DNA from: Zootoca vivipara
Lineage: Eukaryota
Assembly: GCF_963506605.1 (NCBI RefSeq)
Contig: NC_083289.1
Location: 30,132,001-30,196,000 of the forward strand
DNA: 64,000 bases
Reading direction: 5' to 3'
Below the pieces are notes generated by a model. The model was not told the origin of the DNA, searched no databases, and worked only from the letters and a program-made list of their open reading frames with translations. Below are positions 1 to 10,200 of the stretch, piece by piece; within the stretch, counting starts at the first letter, position 1, and each line of letters opens with the position of its first letter. A program made the translations under genes and the position numbers.

Positions 1-1894
1 CCGTACACTCACCTGACTGGCTCTTACTTTGGCCCTGACAATGGGGGCAGCATCCTCCAGCAGGGCAGCTTTGTCAGGGGATGTGAAGCTCAGGACAGGC
101 CACACACAGCACACAGAGAGAAAAATGGCTGAGGAGCTCAGCGGGGTGGACCACTGCTGCCCCCCCACCCCGGCGACGGCTGCCTGAAGAAGCCACCTCG
201 TTCCTCCACTCCCAGGTCTTAAGTAAAGACTTACAGAAATTGCAGGCCATTGGGATCTGGCTGAGGTCTTGCAAAGAAGGCTGCCGTCATTTCTCCGCGG
301 GGTCTGGAGTTTTGTGGTTCTCTTCAGCTTGGGAAGCTGCTTCCCCTACCCCAAAGCTTCACTTGCTACAGAAAATGGAGGACTTGGGGATAAGAGTCTC
401 CCAAGCCCACAGTGCTGACCAGGCCATGTTCTTAAGAATGTGGAAGGCCAAGTCACCCGAAAAGTTCACCCAACCTGGGCTGGAGCTCTTAACCTTCCCA
501 TCCCCTCAAGCTAGGAAGATGTGACTGAGCTCCAGCACAGCTGAGCCATACTCCTTCCCCTCCATTGTCTCCCCACTTGCCTGCTTTTGGGGGTGGGGAG
601 GGGAGAATATTACGACCAAGCGGGTAGATGGATCGACTAAGTCAAACCCAGACAATGACCACGTCTTCTTGCCTCTGAGGCCTCTGAGGGGAATTAGAAC
701 CGGTCAAGAGCTAAACTGGATTAGAGGCCTAGTCTGGGTGTTGAGTGAGCAAATTGAAGTCGACGCTAATGCAACAGCAGACAAGGCTCACGTGGGTCGA
801 GACAGGAGGACAGCGACAGTTTGCTTCGGAAGGAGGTGGGGAGATGCCATCACAAAGAGGAACACTGGAAGCTGCCTTGAACTGGGCCCTAGCATCTGCC
901 CTTCTAGCTAAGTCTACCAGCCCTTTATTCGAAACCATGAGGACTGAAACCACAGCACCTGCTTTACATGTAGAAGCTCTCGGGTTGAGAGATAGGACTT
1001 GGAACGTCCCTTGCCTGAAACCCTGGAGAGCAGTTGCCCGTCACTGTGTAGGCAATGTTGAGTTTGATGGACTTGGAATAAGAGGACATGAATCTTTTTC
1101 TAAGTGCTCTGCGTGCTTCTAAGTGGGTGATGCGTTTGTGGGGAACTGAATTGGGCAGGAGGGGGGCAATGATCTGGGTTACTGGGTTGAATATTAATTT
1201 GAAGCAAGAAATTCATGCAACTGAACTTTATCTAGGGAAAAATTGGAGGGCAATGGAAGTGAGTAAATAGAGGGGAAATGAAATGATTTGGGGCAGCCTC
1301 TGCTGGAGAATTAATATGTGAGTACAGTAAATTGAAGAGGAACTGATTTGGGGTGCAAGTTAACTGGAGAATCTGTCAAGGGAGAGTTGGAGGGAGGCAC
1401 TAATTGGCTTGCCTTCTGTGGCACTTAAATTCTAAAATTTGCATCTACACCTATTAATTAGCATATGTGAATTTTGTTTCTAGGCCCCAAATTTTTAAAG
1501 CACCTAACAATGCCGCACCACAAGGATTCAATTTTAGCTACACTGTTGCACAATCAGAGCTACATGCACCCATAAAGCATGTTTATTTATTTCATAAAAT
1601 TTATACACCACTAGACTGCAAAAGAGGGGGGAAATCTCAACATGGTTTACAAAAAAGAAAAAAACATTATCAATAAGAAGTTAAAATAACAATAAACTGA
1701 AAACAGATGAAAACTTGCATCAACTTTCTAAACATCTGAGTAGGCTTGTCTAAACAAAAATATTTTTAGCAAGAGTACAGTGAAGGCACCTGCCTGATAT
1801 CAATTGGCAGGGAGTTCCAAAGTGTAGGTTCTTACAAATGTGGAATGGGTATGATGCGGCACCTGTAGACAGTGCCCAGTTCTGCAATGCTGTG

Positions 1895-1932
<38 letters not shown>

Positions 1933-1958
1933 AGTGAGAGAGAGAGAGAGAGAGAGAG
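1895..1958. repeat. Compound microsatellite (TC)n(TG)n(AG)n
   Basis: Direct reading. Confidence 0.95.
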
Positions 1959-3256
1959 AAGGTAGGGCCTGTCTGCTCCACTTCTCCCTGGGTGTCAAAG
2001 CTTCAGCCACTAATTGCTGCATCCTGCTACTGCCTCAGAAATGTGTTGTGCTAATTTTCAGGGCTATTCTAATAGCCCCCGATCCTCCACCCTGACACAA
2101 CTGAAAAGATGCAGCTTACAGATTGTGATGGGTTTGTTATTTTTAAAAAGCTCTCATTAGTCAAAAACATTTGCTTCCTTTTACAAGAACTCTTAAGAAG
2201 TCTTCTGTGTTGATTCCCCCTGACCCCCTTTCCCTTCCTCCATATGAATGCATGTCAAGCAAAGCTTACCTCTCTTGCACAGGGCCTAGCCTGCACCAGT
2301 AGCACAGAATGAGGACCTGTTACCCAGCTAAACCATCCCGGCAGTTTCAGCGCTTCTGGATCAATTTCAGACCTGTGGGGCAAGCGCCTGAGTTTCTATG
2401 GCAAACTCTATCCAGGCACGGTAACCTAATAGGACAGTTATTAGCAGGCTGACCTTGGCGGGGAGCGAAGGAGTGCAAACGTCTGGGAGAGAGGCAGCTA
2501 CCCTGTAGCTACAGAGGCAACTAGGGAATTTCCCAGCTCTCCAAAGATTTAAGCAGCTTAGAGGATATATAGGATGGATGCTGAACCCAGAGATGAACTT
2601 ATGTATGTGTGCATGCTGCTGCTACAAATTCAGGATTGGCTTCAACCGTTCAAGCTAAGAAGAAACAGGCAATCTCAGAGACACATTTGTTAGAGCTGGT
2701 GTTCTTTCAACAAAGGAAAGCTCAATAAGGTTATACTGTATTATTAAAAGTCTCCCCTTATATTCTTGTTTACAAGATGGTAAAACATGGGCCAGATAAC
2801 ACTAATTTTAGGTGACCCCCACAACCAGTTGACTAACCATACCCAACAAGGGCTTATGAATGACTTTGTGTCCAGCGTTGCAGATCCAAAAAATCAACAC
2901 TTCCGATACGGGCTGCCATATGTCCAGATTTTCCCATTTTTGCCACTTTTCAAAAATTCTGCCCAGATACTATTTTTGACAGACGAATCCATGGTATGTC
3001 CAAGAAATTCCAGATGTTTGGCAGCCCTGTCTTATTCCTTCTTCCATCTTCTGAGAGTTAAAGTCATATGCAAGGCAAGGCAAGAGTGTATTGGATGTTC
3101 CATTCCTGGCAGAGGTGCACTTCCAGCAGGTGTCAGGATAGTTGAGATTGAAACGGTGATATACAAATGTACAGAGACTGAGGTTTGACATAACAATCCC
3201 AAGACTCCAAGCCAGCCTCCCCCAGTCTGGTGCCCTCAAAGCATTTTGGACTATAA

Positions 3257-3507
3257 CAGGGATAGGCAACCTAAGGCCCGTGGGCCGGATGCGGCCCAAT
3301 CACCTTCTCAATCCGGCCCGCAGACGGTCCGGGAATCAATGTGTTTTTACATGAGTAGAATGTGTCCTTTTATTTAAAATGCATCTCTGGGTTATTTGTG
3401 GGGCATAGGAATTCGTTCATTATTTTTTTTCAAAATATAGTCCGGCCCACCATATGGTCTGAGGGATGGTGGACCAGCCCACGGCTGAAAAAGGTTGCTG
3501 ACCCCTG
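3257..3507 (-). mobile_element. hAT-type MITE (~250-bp family A), nested in an older MITE
   Basis: CAGGG...CCCTG termini; 8-bp TSD gactataa/aactataa; near-identical to copies at 8987, 29968, 53925, 61366. Confidence 0.85.
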
Positions 3508-4193
3508 AACTATAACAACATCCATCAGATGGCCGCATATCCTCTACTTCAGCTCCCTGTTAACTCAGTGCTATGCTGGTTGGGCCTGATGGGAGTTGTA
3601 GTTCAAAACATCTAGAGGGCATCAGGTTGAGGAAGCTGAAATGCAAGTGAACAGGCGCTATAGAAAGAGCTACTTTTCTACAGAGCCTTTCCCATTCACC
3701 TTTGTCTCTGTCCTTATCTTGACCCCTCGGAGAGATTTCCATTATGTCTCATAAACAGAAATCAAATATTTGCAGCCAGCATTAAGTGATTTGTGTAGGG
3801 TCAGGGAGTCCAAGATCTAAATCCAGCCTTCACCATTAGAAAAGGATTTATTGGGAAAGCCCCAGGGCTAGAGACTGATCCAATTACCCAGTGAGCTGCA
3901 GGAATACTGGAGAAGACTTCAATCTTCCTCAGCCATATGGAACTAGTATTCATTTTTCTGTTCTTCTGTGCTGTGAATAAACAGCACAATCGGCTTCTAC
4001 AACTTAGATCCACGCTATAGATTTAAAGTGCATGGCTTCACCCAAAGAATCCTGGGAACTGTAGCTTACCTCTCACAGAGCTGCAATTCTCAGCACACTT
4101 AACAAACTACAATCCCCAGGATTCTTTGGGAAGGAAGCTGTGTATTCTCAGTGTCCATAAAAGGTGCTTTAAACATATGGTATGGATGTGACA

Positions 4194-4376
4194 GGGACGT
4201 GGGTAGCACTGTGGTCTAAACCTCAGAGCCTAGGGCTTGCCGCTGGTTTGCCAGAAGCGGCTTAGTCATGCTGGCCACATGACCTGGAAGCTGTACGCTG
4301 GCTCCCTCGGCCAGTAAAGCAAGATGAGCGCCGCAACCCCAGAGTCAGTCAGGGGTCCCCTTTACCTTTACCTTTA
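4194..4376 (+). mobile_element. Sauria-type SINE, internally deleted
   Basis: tRNA-like head, (CCTTTA)n tail, 12-bp TSD atggatgtgaca. Confidence 0.85.
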
Positions 4377-4563
4377 ATGGATGTGACAATGAGGGAAGAG
4401 CCCTAGTGGGCATCCATTGATATCAGACAGGAGACTTTACTATACTCTTTTCAGTGCCTGCTACAAACATTATTGTTCAGAAAAGCCCATTTAGAAAGTT
4501 GGCATGAGTTTTAATCTCAGTAGTGACGCCCTCCCTGTGGAACACCCTCCCTTCAGATGTCAA

Positions 4564-4893
4564 GGTGACGCTGTGGGTTAAACCAGAGCCTAGGGCTTGC
4601 TGATCAGGTCAGTGGTTTGAATCCTCGCGACGGGGTGAGCTCCCGTTGCTCGGTCCCTGCTCCCGCCAACCTAGCAGTTAGAAAACACGTCAAAGTGCAA
4701 GTAGATAGGTACCGCTCCGGCGGGAAGGTAAATGGCGTTTCTGTGCGTTGCTCTGGTTCGCCAGAGGCGGCTTAGTCATGCTGGCCACATGACCTGGAAG
4801 CTGTACGCCAGCTCCCTCAGCCAATAAAGCGAGATGAGCGCCGCAACCTGTCATGCGCGACTGGACCTAATGGTCAGGGGCCCTTTAGCTTTA
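4564..4893 (+). mobile_element. Sauria-type SINE inserted in an L2 3' fragment (about 4520-5046)
   Basis: Matches the SINE copies at 26311, 58340 and 60452; flanks match the L2 tail at 34540-34765. Confidence 0.85.
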
Positions 4894-5259
4894 TCTGACT
4901 TTTAGAAGACATCTGAAGGCAGCCCTGTTTAGGAAAGTTTTTAAGGATGGGTGTTTTTATTATGTTTCTTAGATATGTTGTAAGCCGACCAGAGTGGCTG
5001 GGGAAACCCAGCCAGATGGGCTGTGGTAGAAATATTATTATTATTAGTCCATTATTTTAACTATCTGAAGTGTTATTTTAACTGTATTCAGAAGTGCTAA
5101 ATTAATCATTATGCTATATTTTTGTAAGGCATTTTGAGATTTTTTTAATTAAAAATAATCAAGCAATGTATAAATTTTATGAAATAAATGAATCGACCAA
5201 CCCCCCTCGCCCCACCCCAGTTAAGCAGGACAAGAGAGAGGCGTGACACTCAGACACTG

Positions 5260-5900
5260 CCTGCATCACTTAATCCGGAGCAGTTATGGCCTCCCTTCGT
5301 GGTCCCGGATTAGGAAAGTCAGCTAGCAAACCACGCTAGAATAGGAATTTTAGGGGGTCAGCTACCCCGTCGACTTAATCCGGAGCAACAGGGCGGGGGC
5401 GGAGAGGGGCGGGGCCGTGTCGCGACCTCAGCAGTCCTTGGGTCCCTGACGTCATCGCTGGCTGCACTCGCGTTTCCGTGGTAACGCGCTCTTCCTCAGT
5501 TAAGTGGCGCCGTGAGGCTTCCGGCACTCTAGGAAAGGACTCGCCGTTCTCCGCCTGCTTCCGGCTCCGTCATGGCGGCGCCCTAACTTGGAGTCACGTG
5601 AGCGAAAAGCGGCCTGCTTCTGGCGCTGTTGCCAGGCAACGCGCCTTCCCCCAACCCCGGCAACTCTGCTTCAGTGGATGGGGCGGGGGTCGCTCTGCTA
5701 GTCCTCCCCATTTTAAGGCCGTTGCCTGTAGCTCTAAGGGGGGGGGGGGTTGAGCGGGAGCGGGGCGGGCTGTGTTCTGGTGCCGGATCTGCCCCTTCCG
5801 CCAAGCAAAGAGGAAACCCCCCACAGCCCTCCTTCAGGATGGCCGCTTGCGGGACTTGGGTTTAAATGGGATCAAACATATGGGAAGACGGGCTCTGCCC
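5260..5900 (+). promoter_or_regulatory. CpG island, ZDHHC4 promoter and non-coding first exon region
   Basis: CpG-rich; GC boxes near 5392-5415; CRE TGACGTCA 5447-5454; X-box-like GTTTCCGTGGTAAC 5472-5485 and GTTGCCAGGCAAC 5628-5640; ETS-type CTTCCGG; E-box GTCACGTGA 5593-5601. Confidence 0.8.
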
Positions 5901-6574
5901 CAAGGAGCCTGCAGTCTCCCAAATCCCATAATCCCTGAGGATTGGCCATGCTGGGTGGGCTAACGGGCGTTGTTTATATACAGTATTTTGTAAAATTTAT
6001 ACACAACTTGATTGTGAAAACGAACAAACCTCTAAGCGGTTTACAGAAAAACCTATAAAATCATCAGAAATTACTAACCATAATCTAAGACTTTTGAAAA
6101 CTTATATTTTACCCTATCTGAGTAGGCTTGTCTAAACAAGAATGTATTTAGCAGGTGCTGAAAAGAGTGCTGTGAAGGTGCCAGTCTGATATGAATAGGC
6201 AGAGAGTTTCAAAGAGGGTTTTTTAAAAAAGATTTTGCTACCGCCCTTCATCAAAAGGGCAGTTCACAAGATAAAAATACAAGATATAAACACAGATAAA
6301 TAGTTTAAGTAAAAACCACAAAACAATATAATATTCTACAATGGCTATAGAATTTTAATCAGCCAAAGTCAAAAGTGTAGGTGCTGCTGCTCTAAAAGAT
6401 TGAGTTCTTACCAGTGGGGAGAAGTATTATGTGGCGCCTGTAATAGCGCCACTTGGGCACAGGTATTCCCCATACCCTGCGCTAAAACAAGACATACAAC
6501 ATTGGGAGGGGGAACAGGATGAAACAGTGCCTGATGGTGTGGAGAAGGTGAGCAGGGAGTTTGCCTGCTTCTTT

Positions 6575-6895
6575 CAGTCATAAGACTGGAACACAGTGGG
6601 GACATCCAAGAAAGCTGGAGGTTGGGAGATTCAGGACAGGCAAAAGGAATCGGACAAATTAAGGGAGGACAAGGCTTCTGATGGCTACTAGTTACAATGA
6701 CTATGCTCTGCTTCCACAGTTAGAGGCAGTAATGCTTCTGAATACCAGTGGCTGGAAACCACAGGACAGGAGAGTGCTCTTGTTCTTGAATCCTGCTTGT
6801 GGGTTTCCCATTGGGATACAGTATCTGTTTGTCCACAGCTGAGAAAGAGGATGGGCCATTGACTTGATCCAGCAGGCTTTCCTTATGTTCATATT
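6575..6895 (+). mobile_element. CR1-like LINE 3' fragment
   Basis: Shares sequence with similar fragments at about 10790-11090, 40035-40430 (-), 40985-41300, 44060-44410 and 50900-51075. Confidence 0.6.
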
Positions 6896-7176
6896 CTGAT
6901 CCAAGAAATAGGTCTGCCTGCTCACACACTCAGCTTAGAGGCCAATGTCCTGGCATATTTTATGGTAAGCTATGAATTGGCAAACCAAGAGATCAGCGCC
7001 AAACCTTGGCACATAATGGGTGAGACAAGTGTGCAGGGATCAGGCACAACGCTTGTTCCTGGACTGTTAGATACAGCCTTTCTTTGGTGGTATATTTGTG
7101 GGGGTTCCCCTGCACTTTTTCCTTGTTGGAATTGGCTCCTCTTTAATCAGCTGCTTTTTGGATTTTGTAGGGCAGG

Positions 7177-7299
7177 ATGGACTTCTTGAGCCTCTTCCTC
7201 CTCTATGTGTTTCTGGTTCTGCTGACCATTCTCCTTGTTTGTTTCTATTCCGGAAGGAAGCAAAGCATCCCCTCAAGGCTTATCACCTGTGTAACTCAG
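7177..7299 (+). CDS. ZDHHC4: ZDHHC4 coding exon 1 (acceptor at 7171, ATG 7177)
   Basis: ttttgtag|ggcaggATG ... actcag|gtaagg; [26 protein letters not shown]. Confidence 0.92.
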
Positions 7300-10200
7300 G
7301 TAAGGAATGTTAAAGCTGATCACATCAGTTTGTCACCCCACTGCTGTGCCCACTTGCCAACTCTCCTTCACTTTAGAACTGAACCCCAACCTATATTCCT
7401 GGAGCTCAAAGAGAAATAAAAGTGGTACTTAAAATTTGCCAGCACTGTTTCTAGCATGATGACAGGTCAGCTTCCATCCCACCAATCTCTATTTCATGCT
7501 GCCTGAGGAGCATCTACACAAAATGGTGGTGTTCAGTCTGTGTGCCAATCCTGTTCTTCCGTATTGCAGGTAAAGGCAGGTGTTCCCATCCATCATTGGC
7601 TCTTCAATCTTGTGATAGAACGAAAGCATTTTTCCTATGCCAAAGATACAGTATTGTGACTTGTATGTGAAAGAGAATTGACCTGTGATGATTTGAGAGA
7701 CTGGCTTATTTTTTACGTTTAACAATTTACATTTAACACACACACACACGAAATAACTATGCCATTTCCTAAAAACAGCAGAAGGGGTAGACTTGAGTCT
7801 GGGTTGTACCATTTCAGTAGTGCAGGTGAGGAGCTCATGGGAGTGGATGCTTCTCCATACAATTACAAAAACCTTTACACATAGAAAGCCAAATGTTAGG
7901 GAGATTAATTCTAGCTCAATCTTTTCCGCTATGAGCTAATTTTATATGTGGGTGAGTTTTCTTTCCTATGGGAGGAAGATTTAGTCTTCTGTACCCCACT
8001 GGCAATCTGAAGTGGTTCACCCTCAAAACCAGTTTGAGAACTAGACCTTAATGCCAAATAAACAGTTTCTGAATTATTCCAGTGTCAAGAATCAGTTAAG
8101 AAAGTACAGCTGGATTCTGTCCATGTGGAACTTACTCTGTCACCCCAAGAATGTAAAAAGAGTAAAAAGACTGTCAATGATTGGGGATGCTTTTTCCCCC
8201 TTTTAAAAAAAGTTCCCCCACTTTTGTCTTCTGTGATGTAGGTGCTGTTGTGTATAGTCCCATCCCAAGTCCAAGGAGCTGCTCATTGGGTGCTTCATGG
8301 CCTCTTCCATAAACGGTACTGCTTCTTCTACCCCTTCTTTTGTGCCTTTTCTTTGCCGGTCTGGATGTTAGCACTAATATTTTCATTTTATTTATGTCAC
8401 TTAAATTATTATATCAATTTATTACCATAAGATTCCAGGGTGCAATGTTAAAACAATTTAAAACAAGCCACAGACATGAGAATAGGGTAAGTCACAAAAA
8501 CATACATCTCAGATATCAAAGGCAAGGGTAAGGAGTTTCCTTTTCTAAGGAGGCTCACTTCCACATTAAGACATAAAGTATTACACCCCTAAAGTCATAG
8601 TGTAAAACTCTTTGAATTGCCATAGCTTTGCAGAAAGGCTTCCGAAGATGGCTTCCCTGTGCCTTCCAAGAGTGCGGCAGGTCTTCTGCATTCCTGGTTC
8701 TCTGTTGTGCACTGATTGCCATGCTGGTTGGGGCTGCTGGGAGTTGTAGTTAGAACCATCTGAAGGGCGCCAGGATAGACAAGTCTGCTTTAAGCCATGG
8801 GTTTTTCTGTATATCTTGGATAACCTTTGGAGACGGAGAAACTTCCCTATTTTATCTGGATGACTGTTTTGTTGCCAATCTGGCAGCATAATGGTGCCCA
8901 CTTCCACTAATCAAGGAAATGGAGTGGCATCCTGGCAAAAATATATTTGAATTAAAAAGAAAACATGGTAGGTAATGCAAATTATTCAGGGGTCAGCAAA
9001 CTTTTTCAGCAGGGGGCCGGTCCACTGTCCCTCAGCCCTTGTGGGGGGCCAGACTGTATTTTGAAAAAAAATATGAACGAATTCCTATGCCCCACAAATA
9101 ACCCAGAGATGCATTTTAAATAAAAGGACACATTCTACTCATGTAAAAACATGCTGATTCCCGGACCATCCACGGGCCGGATTTAGAAGGCGATTGGGCC
9201 GCATCCGGCCCCCGGGCCTTAGTTTGGGAACCCTGCAAATTATTGATGAAGGCATTATGTTTTGGGTTACATACAGAAAGTAACACACAAGAAGGAAATA
9301 TCAAGAGAATGGGAGACAGAAACAAATAAGAGTGAGCAAATTATTTAGTTACAGGTAGGTAGCCGTGTTGGTCTGATGCAGACAAAACAAAATAAAAAAA
9401 TCCTTTCAGTAGCATCTTAGAGACCATCTAAGTTTTCATAGGTATGAGCTTTTGTGTGACTGCACACTTCTTCAGATACACTGAAACAGAAGTCACCAGA
9501 CCCTTATGTATAGTCAGAGGGTGGGGAGGGGTATTACTCAGAAGGGTGGTGGGAATGGGTGATTGGCTGATAGGAGTGGTAAGCCTGTTGATGACTGTTA
9601 ACGATTTCAATTAGTCTTGCAGGAAAAAGCAAGGGCTGAGGTGCTAAAGATCTAGTCTGTTTAGAATGGCAGCTTTATCTCTTTAATTACAATTGTTTTC
9701 AAAACAGGACCAGTTAGGACTCCAATAGGTTAATTTGGCTTTTAGATTTCTCTGAGGACAGTTACTCTTCACCTCTAAAACACCGAAGGCTGCAATATCC
9801 AGTGCAAAATATCACAAACCTGATATATCCAAGTGGGAGTCTAGCTTACCCTTATGCATCTCTTTTCTTTTTGCTGCAGAAACTGTACTTTTGTGGTCCT
9901 GCACTTGCTCTTGGAAGCTTTGGTTTATGGGGAGTATTCCTGGGAAGTATTTGGCTATTGTCAGGAGCTGGAGTTCAGCAGTCACTTCCTCCTCCTCCCT
10001 TACCTACTTTTGGCTGTGAACATAGGTTTCTTCATTCTGTGCTCCAAGACTAACCCAGGTAAGACTGCTTTCCCTGCAATTGTAACTCTTGGGCAGCAGG
10101 GAAGTACCCAATAAATGGCCTTGATTTCAGCAGATGAGGTGATGAACCTATGCCTGCCTCCAGTTTAATATAAGACTCCCATTATAAAATGTGGGAATAC

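Noticed and set aside
240-1122. Plus-strand ORFs 240-524 and 745-1122, and a minus frame broken by several TGA codons
   Set aside because: No recognisable homology and no SECIS evidence, so neither a gene nor selenocysteine readthrough is supported.
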